Shown: positions 37,146-48,510 of the stretch, in pieces
Layout: the number at the start of each line of letters is the position of its first letter
Numbering within the stretch: position 1 is the first letter of the stretch
From: Felis catus
Taxonomy: Eukaryota
Length of the DNA stretch: 64,000 bases
Direction of reading: 5' to 3'
Assembly (NCBI RefSeq): GCF_018350175.1
Contig: NC_058368.1
Coordinates: forward strand, 53,756,001 to 53,820,000
The notes under the pieces: model-generated
What the model was told of the DNA's origin: nothing
Databases searched by the model: none
What the model saw: only the letters and a program-made list of their open reading frames with translations
Made by a program: the position numbers and the translations under genes

Positions 37146-37352
37146 GGGGTGCCTGGGTGGCTCAGTCGGTTGAACGTCCAGCTTTTGCTCAGGACATGAT
37201 CTCGTGGTTTGTGAGTTCAAGCCCCACATTGGTCTCACTGCTGTCAGTGCAGAACCCACTTTGGATCCTCTGTCCCCCTCTCCCTCTGCCTCTCTGCTGC
37301 TCATGCTCTCTCAAAAATGAATAAACATTTTAAAAAGTAAAAAATAAAAATA
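37146..37352 (+). mobile_element. CAN-SINE
   Basis: ggggtgcctgggtggctcagtcggttgaacg head; A-rich tail; degenerate TSD aatacaa(g)atta. Confidence 0.95.
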
Positions 37353-38325
37353 AATACAAATTACATAATAAGACTTTTATGTACTTCACTCACTAATAGC
37401 ACATGAAAATACATCTACCATATCAAATGTTCCCGTTCTATGATCTCTGTAGGCTTCATTATATAGCATGGTAAGAATATACCACATGAATTCAACCATC
37501 CACTTATCAGCAGGCTTTCATTTGTTTCCATTTGATTTTCTTTTTACAACTTGAAACAACCGTATATGAAATATAATCAGGCAATGCTTCATGAAATACA
37601 TATCTATATATCCATATCCATATCCATATATATATATGAGTATATATATTTCTATATGATGACCAGAGTGGGGATTTTAGATTGAAAAGTATTTTTAACT
37701 TAATGGATATTTGCCACATTGCTTTCTGAAAGGGACTGGAATACTTCATGTTTCCAGCACTGAATGGGAGGGAGGTCTCATTTTCTTTTATTCCAATTAT
37801 ACTATTTCTTTTTATCCAAATCTACGATAAATGTTCTTATTTCTAATCTCTACTAGTTTGAGAGTAAATTGATGAAGGAACATATTATTTATTTAAATTT
37901 CCCATCCCCCACTACTAGTGAAGTTGAGTATCTTTTCATGCAATTGTTAGTTTTTTCACATTTGCTTTTCCATGAATGACCTCCAACTATCCTGAGCCTA
38001 TAACTCAATAGTTTTGTTTTGTTGATTTATAATACAGATCTATCATAAAGAGCATCATATATTCATCCTTTATTATTTGACTTAACGCATTTTTTCCTAT
38101 TCTAAGTTGGTCCTTTGTGTCTGACGTCTTTTTGCCAATTTAGTTTTTCTAAGGCACAGTATGCCTATTTTTTCTTTTACAACTTCTCGGTTCCCTGTGT
38201 TGGGTAAAATTGCACATGAGGTCTTCTAGATCAATACAAAGAATACAAAGTATAGGATTCACATCACAAACAGTTGAAGGGCAAGGAAGTTTGAGGGAGC
38301 TAAGTTTCTAGCCATTTTTCATCAA

Positions 38326-38369
38326 TATGAGCATGATGAGTATGAAGTATGAGCATGATGAGTATGAAG
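38326..38369. repeat. Perfect 22-bp tandem duplication
   Basis: tatgagcatgatgagtatgaag repeated twice. Confidence 0.97.
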
Positions 38370-38419
38370 TTGTGCACTTGTAACACACTTTGGCCAGCAT
38401 TGTTCATTTTGTCCATGAG

Positions 38420-38890
38420 TCTTGACCATACCAAATTTCATTATCGTTCTAGCGCTATTATGCAATATAAGTGTCATCCCGAGACCAATGTCATAGTAAC
38501 AGTAGATTTACAAGTATAATTGAATCAAAACTTGACCTTGTTAGCAAAGTGTTTGACCAAAATCTTGGGCTGTCTTTGTGTATATTAAAGAAAGGAAGGC
38601 CGGATGAAAACATAACTGCAGATTAAAAGACCACATTTCAATGCTATCGATTAATTAAGCAAAATTATTTTTGTCCCATTGAATTTTTCACTTGGCTATG
38701 GCTTTAAAATTTTTATCACACTTTTGGGTGATAATATTGAGGGCAGGGTTATCACATTCCCAGATGACACAGAGCACTGAGGAATAATTCCATGACAGAC
38801 AGAAGAATCAAAATTCAAAATAACTCTGACAGTTTATAACAAAATAGTGACATTTACCCAGGATATAAGTAAAGCTCTTCATATTGATTA
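38420..38890 (+). mobile_element. L3/CR1 LINE reverse-transcriptase remnant
   Basis: agcaaagtgtttgac reads SKVFD (CR1 FSKAFD); atcacattcccagatgacacagag reads ITFPDDTE (CR1 IKFADDTKL); agaatcaaaattcaaaa follows as in L3. Confidence 0.65.
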
Positions 38891-40604
38891 AGAAAAGTAT
38901 ATAGAGAAAACATTACAATTGAGCAAGTTTGCTATGACCCAGCATAAATATTATGAGGCATTTATGCTTTTATGTCATATTTTTAAGTCACAAATGAGCT
39001 GTATATTCTGGCTAGAAATACCTGTGGAAATACGGATTGGTCTACTTCACTTTGAAAATAAGATTTGACCTCCATATTCTAAGTATTGTAGAATATATAT
39101 TTTATCAACATTCTTGTTCCAAATCACTTGATGTCAGTTCAATTCAGCAAATGTGTGACAGGTAACTACTATGACTCAGACATTAGAGAATATTCCAGGA
39201 ACAAGTGTGTGTAGAGGACTTTGACCTTAAGGAACTCAGGATTTAATGGAGAAGGCAGACTCCAGAAACACATGATGTAAAGATGGTCACAGGAAGGGCA
39301 CTGTGGTTACCTCGCCATCAGCTGTAAAAGTTGTTAATGGATTTTCATGTTCATTTATACCACTTGTACCTGAAAGATGTCCCAGCTCCCTTTTAACTTT
39401 GCCATTTAGGAGTGAGACAGTGAGTTATTCTCACACTGCTGTGGAGTCCTAAGTCCTGCTTTCCCTGACTAATGGCTATAAAGCAGCAAGACTTTGCTCA
39501 CTAATTGGCATTTCAGAGAACAATGAGGATCATTTAAAAATAATCCACTGATTTATAAAACTATCATAAAATGTAGGTTTGGTTTGTTTGATCCCTAGTC
39601 ATTGGCAGAGATTTCTAATAGAGCTAGTTTGTTCCAAATAATTTTTGTCATTATGATTCTTACAGGAAAGAATCAAAGCAAACAAGCCAAACAAAGCAAA
39701 AAAGCAATAGCTTCCTGGTGGAAGCAAAAGCAGAAAGGGGTACACTACCTGCCCGTTGGCCTTAATCTTCTAACGGCCCGTGCTCATTCTCCATCAATCT
39801 TACTTGGATTTGGAAATAACTTTCCTGTTGTTCAAGACTTTTCACTTTTCACTTTTCTCAAACAGCAGAAGTACAACCAAACCTTTTAGGTTAGTATTTC
39901 CCCAATTGTTTTCTTCAGAACCACTGGTCTGACAGAATTCAATGGTAAAGGGGTACAAAAAAGTTGGGAGAACTCTTCATACTTTGCCCCCTTTTAGAAT
40001 TTTATGATGTACCTTATCATATTAGAATCACGCTGGCTTAACCAAATATGATAGGACTCAAATGATATGACTGAAGAGCTTTTTAAAAAAATAAAATAAA
40101 TAAAAAATAACAATAAAACTATCAACATCTCTGAGAACCTGGAAGATGCTGCTTCAGATAATAGAATGTGTTCATCTTGACAGAGTTTGATAATGAAAGT
40201 GCTAAGAGGTTTGCATGTGGAATTAACTATTGAATTTTATTACCTTTAGAAGTTTAGCATTAACTGCTATTGACTATGCCCACCTGACCAGGGAAAAAAT
40301 TATATAGAGGGAAAAAGTTCCCAGAATTTAGTTGGGAAGAGGAAAGTGTATGTGTGTATATGTGTCTGTCTGTCTTGGAGGGCTGGGGGGTGAGACTGAG
40401 TGAGAGAATGTGAGAAAGCATTGTAATGGAGGTTTTTTTTTTTTTTCAATTAGTCTCTAAGGACTTAGCTGCTTATAGAAATTAAAATAACACATGATAT
40501 CATTAAAACCAACTTGAACTAAAGTATTCCTTTGGCAGATAGTGTCTTGTGGTTACAAACTTTCCAGATTCACGAAATGAACAATGTGCCATTTTCAATA
40601 GATT

Positions 40605-40760
40605 AGCAAGCACTTTAGAAGGATGTTCAACCTCAGACTCCTATGCAGTGGGTAAACAACATCAATATCCCAATTTTACAGGTGAACAGGCCCAGAGAGG
40701 GTAAGAGGCTTGCTCAAGACCACAGAGGAAATTAGAGGCTGAATCTGGCACATTCTATTC
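40605..40760 (-). mobile_element. MIR SINE
   Basis: atcccaattttacaggtga...ggcccagagagggtaagaggcttgctcaagaccacag. Confidence 0.8.
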
Positions 40761-42955
40761 TCCATTCCCAGAAGAAACCGCTAAACCAGGCTTCCTCTCG
40801 GCATGGGAGCTTCTAACATGGTTATCTTGACCCTTTCTACCCAACGACCGTGGAAAGTCTGTCTTGATTATGCGGTCAAACCAGACCTTTCCTTTTTCGA
40901 CCTTCCCCATGCTTGCCTCTCTGGTGCTACAATGGCAGCCTATCTACTCTCTGTTTGGTTTAGGAAGCTTCTTGAGGGTTTCTGAAATGCTGGCCTTTTG
41001 GTGATGTTTGGCACAACAACCCTCTCTACCTGTAACCTGCACCACTGACCTCAGAGCTCAATGAACGTTTCATTTACATGCACAGTCAAATTAAATTTGC
41101 CCGGCCTTTGAAAACTTACATCTGTTGAGTGTCTAATTTGTATTGCCATTTGTTTCACAGATGTGTAACAAGACAAATACCTGTCCAGGCTTACACGGGA
41201 TTCAGAAATGCTTACGTTAATCATGCTGGTGGAAAGAGGTTAAGGGCTATACAATAAATCAATCTCCAAATGGTTTTCACTTGGAAAGGCCTGGGAATAC
41301 AGGGTTATTTTTATCCTAGGATGCTTTTAATTTGAATCAAAAATGCTTTACCACATGTTCTGCCACAAGTTCAAAAGGATTGGTAACAAACATTTAATCT
41401 TTTTCTTCTCGGATTGGCGCTAAGCCCTCATCAAAAAGCGTATGCAGTCAAGCAGCTTATCTCCACTGAGCTGCTTCCCTTAATGTGTTCCTAATTATAA
41501 TCGTATATATTGCTCACTGTGGCCGATTGAACAATATGGCAGTAATTTCTTTACAGGGCTCCCTGCTCTTTGAACTGTGAGTACAGAGGGCTAGAACAGA
41601 ACCAGATCAATGGGATTTGAGTGCTGGCAAATCAAGCCAGATGCGATCTTGAGAGAATGAATCTCCAGCTGTTTCCCAGAAAGGAATTTCAACAGACAGC
41701 TGGGGACCTTATCATTATCATCATGATCATGATCTTCATCGTTCCCACAAAATGTACCCACAACACTATAGGAAATGTGCAACTCTTCTCCTCTCTTCCT
41801 AAATCACTACCCATCGTAGAGGCTCCTAAATGCTTTGAAATGGAGACTGTGTAACACAGATAAGTCCGTGACTGATGATGTGGGATGGAGACATAACAAT
41901 ATTACATTGACACTGTATATTTGTCAGTGCTGTGTGATATGTGGCTGAAAGCAATATCGAAAAGTCCTTTTTAAAGTACAACATTTCCACGTTTTGTAAG
42001 AGGCAGATAACATAATCCTCATTCTCTTGGTCCAAATGGCATGTTATTGCTTTATGCACACATCTCTGTGCCCTCTACATCACTATCACCAGGGCTTGTC
42101 TGAGGCAGTATCCAATAAATGTTTCTGGGAGGAATATGTGCTTGCTTTGTATTACCTCTTCCGTAAAGGAAGAGGGCAGGCTTACTAAGTTGGAAGGCAG
42201 TTGCCATGGCCCTCAAAGAGACTCCCAATCTAAGAGATCCAATGCATAAATTTAAGATGACTGTTTTGAGCAATTTAAGAATCGTTCGAATGAAAGGAAG
42301 ATGTCCACTAGTACAAAGACCCACAGGGTTTCCCACATGCATCTTTCAGAGTTGGCTGGTCTATATGAAATGACTTATGCCTCCCTCAAATGCCTACCTC
42401 CTAAAAGTCCTTCACTTCTAGCGTGCTCTGCTGCTCGCAGTTCCTGCTTCTGGCCTCCCTTTCTCAGGACTTTCTGTGGCTATCTCATTTCCACTGGGTT
42501 ACAGCATTTTATTTCCAGGGAAGAATTTCAGAAGAACCAGGATTACTCAAATTAAACTCATTATAATCTGTTGTTCCTGAATGAGGTTGGTCAGATAAAA
42601 TCCAGGAGATGTAGGTGGGAATTCAAGGTCAAGAGAATAATACTTAGGGACACCCAAGATATGAGCAAATGAGAAACAAGAGTAGGGATCCATTTTTTGG
42701 AGTAGCAGCCATAGAAGAAGAAATGTGAAAGAAGGATCAGAGGGCGTGGCATGGAGAAACACAGTCTAGGGCTTTATTCATCTCTTGCTTGAGATACTTT
42801 CTCCATTTTATTTCCTTTTGTCTTCCCCCCCCCCCCCACTAGCTTATAAACTCCTTGAAGGCAGGAATCACCAAGGCTATTTGGCTCATCACTTAATCCT
42901 CATTAAAAAAGCAAACACTCAGTAAATGTTTATTAATCTTTGTATCTTCAGTATA

Positions 42956-43064
42956 TTTTTTAAAATTTTTGTTTAAGTAATCTTTATCCCCAGCGTAGGG
43001 CTTGAACTCACAACCCTGAGATCAAGAGTTGCACACACCTCCAACTTTTCCAGCCAGGTGCCCC
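42956..43064 (-). mobile_element. Short tRNA-head-only CAN-SINE (SINEC_old-like)
   Basis: Minus strand ggggcacctggctgg...actcttgatctcagggttgtgagttcaagccc...gattacttaa; perfect 15-bp TSD tgtatcttcagtata (42941-42955 / 43065-43079). Confidence 0.93.
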
Positions 43065-43183
43065 TGTATCTTCAGTATAGTATAGTAGGTGCTCAATACA
43101 TATTTTAAGAATAAATATTTACAATTTTTATTTGGCTATACTTGCCTGAAAAACTTTTCTAGACATCTTAACCTCTGATTCTC

Positions 43184-43215
<32 letters not shown>

Positions 43216-43510
43216 AAAGAAAGAAAAGAAAAAACACTTTAGGACTGAAAGTGCGTCGTACAACTAATCTTTCCATGTGGTTTTTAGCACTAAGTGTTAA
43301 GACCTAGAGAATGTAGGTGATGAATCATGAGTGTTTAGTTTCATTTGCTTACCTGAGCTAAAAGTTCAAGGAACTATATAAAGTAATTTATATTAATCTG
43401 TCATATACATTAACACATAAATATCATCTGAATGTGATTAAGATCACGTAGTATGTCTTGAAGCTACTTTTTCTTAGGTCACACAGGTAGTAAATGTGAA
43501 TTGTTTGGAG

Positions 43511-43781
43511 CTGTGGTCTCCAAACTTTTTTTGATTGAAAATTCTTATGAGTTAAAAAAAAAAAAAAAACAAAACTTGTGAACGTGCATCACCAATATGT
43601 CTATTTATTCATAAGTTGTACATGTACTTCTATTACTATTGATAGTAATATTTAATATATTTCTTCCTTGCTTTAGGTAAAAATATATTTAAGTGTTAAT
43701 TCAAATGACATTTGTCCACAATCTAACGGCTCACCTTGCTCCTCTCCTGGGTGTGAAATTCCACTTGGGAACAGACCACAG
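43511..43781. mobile_element. hAT-Charlie-type MITE with terminal inverted repeats
   Basis: gagctgtggtct (43508-43519) is the exact reverse complement of agaccacagctc (43773-43784); Charlie-like ctgtggtctccaaact start; 8-bp flanks gtttggag / ctcttgag. Confidence 0.7.
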
Positions 43782-45968
43782 CTCTTGAGAAGTAGCCGGA
43801 TAGTTGGGGAGCTCATCATTATCAAATTTGCTCTCCTCCTTAAGACACCAGTACAGAATTGGAGTAGTGCAGAAAAATGCCCTTGGTCATGTATAGAGAA
43901 TGCCAAAGACCTTCCTGTGCGAGGGAGGGTCTAAATTTCTTATGAAATGAGAAAAGCGTGGGGTTTGGAGCCTCTACAATGTCTGTTTCTTCTTAGTCAA
44001 TGTTTTCGTAGGTTTAGTAAGTATACATCTACACCAGGGTTAAGAGAACCGATATCTTCTAGAGAATATGTGAAATCATCACCGTGCTTTGCAAAAAATT
44101 AAAAGTGAAAGTAATTTCCACTATGAACCTATTACAATGCTTCCCTGTTTCCCAGCCACAGGTCAGTGAGCAAATTTGAATTAAGGCTTGGATAAATGGT
44201 TCCTTCTGACGGGGAAGGGCAGGTAATGTGATCAGGGATAGGTAAACAGAGGGCATGGACTCTGTATATTGCGTTTCTATGGATGGGTGGAGATATGATT
44301 GCTGTATATTCTTTCTTTGTTATCAAATATCATTTTTAAGTGGATAAAGAGAAATAGACATTATCCTAGAAATGCTTTAAGAAATTGATAAAAGTCCTAG
44401 AATTGGGTTTACCAGAATAATTTAATCAGGTATATAGGGATTGGAGACACTTAAATTACTCTGGGGAGACTTGTAATAAGGCCCAACTTGATGGAACAAG
44501 TTGTTAGAGAATCTGGTTGTCTTCCTTTTAAGTCCGACTTTGGAAGGATGAACAGTGTGGTATTAAAAAAAAAAGTTTAACTTCCTTTTAGGAGTGCATA
44601 CCACTTCTTATAGCTGTGTAAATACTGTTTTATGCCAGTTGAGCACTCACAGGTCCTGTGAAATCCTCCATTATAATTTGTATAAAAAACAAATCAATTC
44701 TAATTCAATTCAACAATTACACATTGATCTCCTAAAATGTGCCAAACATAATACAGGACATGCATTTTACAGGAAAATTGGACTGCACTAAGATAGGCAG
44801 TAAATCATCTGCAATTTTATGAAAGGGAAGCCAGGCATGTTAATGGAGTTTGTTTTTATAAACATGAAGTGTTTGGGCATGTTTGATTTTTCAGTTGGAC
44901 TGCTCAGCCAAGCTTAGTTAACACCTTGTAAAAAGTGAGTTGCTTCTCATTTTCTTAATAGGAAGCAGTGAGAGTCATAGTTAAGATTCCCACCCCCCCC
45001 ACCCCCCCACCCCCATCAGCTGGAGGCCTTCTGTAGCATTCCTTAAGCCTCTGAGGTTGGATCTAGAATGCAAATCCATCTGGATACTTGAGACCAGAAA
45101 GTGTGTTTCTCTAGAGAATTCAAACTATCTCCCCATCAATCTTAGACAAGTAAACTATCTTAAAAGCAGATCTTTGTTTCAAATTGCTAAGTTAGAATAA
45201 AGGTTCTATTGATAAGCTTTTACATCACACTAATTTCTTGAAATATGTAGCTGGATCCTCATTTTTACAATCCATTTGGCCTTTAGTACATACCATATTT
45301 CTGCATCTGTGTGGATATCACTTTTCTCAGTAATATAATGTTAACTTAAGAATGTGATAAAACAGGAAGCATGCTGGAACTTTTCCTTGTCCTGTGGCCT
45401 TAACAAGCCACAGCTGTATCAGCAGCTGGTCATTGAAGGAGCATGGTGCTAGCCTCTCCCAGCATCCTTTTCAACTAGATCAAAAGGAAATAGACGAGGC
45501 AGAAGGTTTTATCATCAAAGCCAATAGAAATCTATGAGAGCCAATATTTCCATTTAGATTGCTTTAGCCTCATCAGACTGAAAAGATTTTTCTCTAATGG
45601 GAAGAGCTTGTTAAATCAGCCAATTTAAAAAGCTTTTTTATCCTCACAAACTTATCCTTACTTAGTTTGTCAGAGAAAGGGAATATGGTGTCAAAAAGTT
45701 TGTTCACCTCCCAACATGTTTTGCTGAGCTGTCAGCTTATTCTCTTACCAATTATTTTAAAAGTTGTGTGAAATACCTGCTAGTGATTGCTTAAATGGCA
45801 TTTTCACTGCAAATGGCTTGCCATAGATTTAATAAAAATGGACCCCGACTTCTACTCTTTCATTTGCAGGTAAAGCTAAAGAATAACTACTGTGAGGGAA
45901 TTAATATTATCAGTTTCTAGAAGAAGTCAAACATTGTTTCATTTGAAGCTGTTAAAAATAAATATCTT

Positions 45969-46161
45969 GGGTGGCTCAGTTGGTTGAGCGTCGAACTCTT
46001 GGTTTCGGCTCAGGTCATGATCTCAGTCCATGAGTTCGAGCCCCACATCGAGCTCTGCACTGACAGTGTGAAGCCTGCTTGGAATTCTCTCTCTTCCTTT
46101 CTCTCTGTCCCTCCCCTGCTCGCTCGATCAAAATAAATAAACAAACATTAAAGAATAATAA
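45969..46161 (+). mobile_element. CAN-SINE, slightly 5'-truncated
   Basis: gggtggctcagttggttgagcg start; TSD ataaatatctt on both sides. Confidence 0.95.
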
Positions 46162-46299
46162 ATATAAATATCTTAATTCTTTCAGATGACACTGTCTCAA
46201 TGCAATTGTTTGCCAATCCCTATAGACCAAGTGCAATCTATAATTCAGTGGACTCTTGGAGGCCCTGAAAAAATGTTGAGAAATATTCTGTGATTATTT

Positions 46300-46551
46300 T
46301 TAAATTCTGTGTTAAAAGACTATTATATTTAGAGCAGTTTTAAGTTAACAACAAAATTTAGAGGAAGGTACAGGGGTATCTCTTAAACCCCCAGCCATCC
46401 TCACATGCATAGCTTTCCCCTTTATCAACATCCCCCCTGAAATGCTACCTTTGTTACAATTGATGAACCTACATTGACACATCATCATCATCCAAAGTCT
46501 CTAGTTTACATTAGAGTTCACTCTTGGCGTTGTACATTCTGTGGGTTTGTA
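46300..46551 (-). mobile_element. L1MC-like 3'-end fragment
   Basis: ttgttacaattgatgaacctacattgacacatcat...tacattagagttcactcttggcgttgtacattct. Confidence 0.8.
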
Positions 46552-47200
46552 GTTGTTGGTAAGGATGTAGGGAAATGGAATGCTTGGGCACTGTGGATAG
46601 GAATGTAAAATGGTGCACTGTCTGTGAAAAATAGTATGGGGTTTCCTCAAAAATATAGAATTAAACATAGAATCACTATATGATCTAGCAATTCTACTTC
46701 TTCTAGGTATATGGTACAAAGAATTGCTTGCAACACCCATGTTCACAGCAGCTTTATTCACAATAGCCAAGGGCTGGAAACACCCCCAGTGTCCATCAAC
46801 AGATTAATGGATACACAAAATGTGATCTATGCATATAATGGAATATTATTCAGCCTTTAAAAGGAAGAAAAATATGACATAGGCTCCAACATGGATGAAC
46901 CTTGAGGACATTGTGTCAGGTGAAATAAGCCAGTCACACAAGGACAAATACTATATGATTCCACTTATGTGAAGTACCTAGAATAGTCAAATTCATAGAG
47001 ACAGAAATTCTAGTGGTGGTTGCCAGGGGCTGGGTTAGAGGATAATGAGTTATTGTCTAATGGGTGCAAAATTTCATTTTTGCAAGATGAAAAGAATTCT
47101 GTAGATGGATGGTGGTGATGGTTGCACAAGAGCGTGAAAGTACTTAATGCCTCTGATCTGTGCCCATAACAGTGGTTAAGGCAAATTTCATGTGTATATT
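46552..47200 (+). mobile_element. L1MB-like ORF2 end and 3'UTR
   Basis: aatggaatattattcagcc...atggatgaaccttgaggacatt...gtgaaataagccagtcacaca...gatggatggtggtgatggttgcac. Confidence 0.85.
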
Positions 47201-47204
47201 ACAT

Positions 47205-48510
47205 CCAGTGCCCAGATCTTCATTTCTAAATTCCGTTTTCCAATGGAGAGTACCGACACTCTTCTAAGAAATGGCTGTTTCAAGGGCTGGGGCAGAGAAA
47301 GTACAAGGTAAGCCTGGAGAATCTTTCGAGAAAGTATTGAATGCTCAAAGAAATGGAGCAAAACACAGCAGAACACGAACAAACAATGGGGCATGTCACA
47401 AGGACATGGGAGCCGACTGAAAGAGCCAACTGGCCAAAACTGGCACAATTTGAACAACAAAATTAATAACATGGTATTGGATTATAGCCCAAAGTATAAA
47501 ACATCTATGGATCCATACTAATGTAAATCAGTGTGTCAATAAGTCAGTAAATGGAGGAGATGGGACCAGTCTCCCTTACAGAAGAATTCTAAATAATATA
47601 CGCAGACACTTGCTTTTCCAGGAAGTGAAGCTGAGTTCCCTTCTCACCTCAGTGGAGGCCATGCTTCATGGCTGCCTTAGGGAACAGAGTATGGGAAGGA
47701 AAAAAGAATAGTAATTTTGCAGTGGGGAAACCTAGCAAACACTAGCTTAATTAAGGCCAACATCACCAGAGATAAGTGAGTTTGATATCATGTACCTACT
47801 TATACAGTGTGATAAGAAGGGCACTTCTTTGGGGGGTGCCTGGGTGGTTCAGTTGGTTAGGCGTCCGACTTCAGCTCAGGTCATGATCTTGTGGCCCCAG
47901 CGTCGGGCTCTGTGCTGACAACTTGGAGCCTGGAGCCTGGAGCCTGCTTTGGATTCTATGTCTCCCTCTCTCTGCCCCTCCCCCGCTCACACTCTGTCTC
48001 TTGTCTCTCTCTGTCTCTCAGAAGTGAATAAATGTCAAAAAAAAAAAATTTAAAAGAAGGGCACTTCTTTGGGACATTCTTCCCCCAAACCTGTAACACC
48101 AATCTAATCATGAGAAAAACATCAGACAATTGGGGAGCATTTTACAAGATTCCCCACCAGGACTCTTCAAAGTTGTCAAGATCATCAAAAACAAGAAAAG
48201 AATGAGAAACTGTCATAACTATAGGGAATTAAGGAGACATGACAACTATGTGTCATATGGTACCCTGGATAGGATCCTGGAGCCCAAAAAGAAAATTAGT
48301 GGGGAAACTGGAGAAATTGGAATTAAATCAAGTTTATTTAATAAGTATGTACCAATATGAATTTCTTAGTTTTGACAAATGTACCAGGATGATGTAGGTT
48401 ATCAGATTAGGGGAAACTTAGTGATGGGTATGGAAGAAATCTCTGTACTATCCTCAGAAATTTTCTATAAGCCTAAAAATTATTTAAAAATTTATTTTTA
48501 AAAAGGAATA
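47205..48510 (+). mobile_element. L1MC3-like 3'UTR, interrupted by a SINEC
   Basis: cccagatcttcatttctaaat...agaaatggctg...gggctggggcag...aatctaatcatgagaaaaacatcagacaa...aatttcttagttttgacaaatgtacca. Confidence 0.8.
47833..48053 (+). mobile_element. CAN-SINE with a small internal deletion and tggagcc triplication
   Basis: Perfect TSD aagaagggcacttcttt (47814-47830 / 48054-48070). Confidence 0.96.

Larger units (their letters stand above)
36800..38200 (-). mobile_element. Old L1 (L1ME-like) 3' region, interrupted by a microsatellite and a SINEC
   Basis: gatatttgccacattgctttctgaaa and actagtgaagttgagtatcttttcatg are antisense L1M ORF2/3'UTR motifs. Confidence 0.7.

Noticed and set aside
42956..43064. 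tRNA gene
   Set aside because: tRNA-like A/B boxes belong to a short CAN-SINE with an A tail and TSD; no intact cloverleaf. The same applies to all SINEC heads
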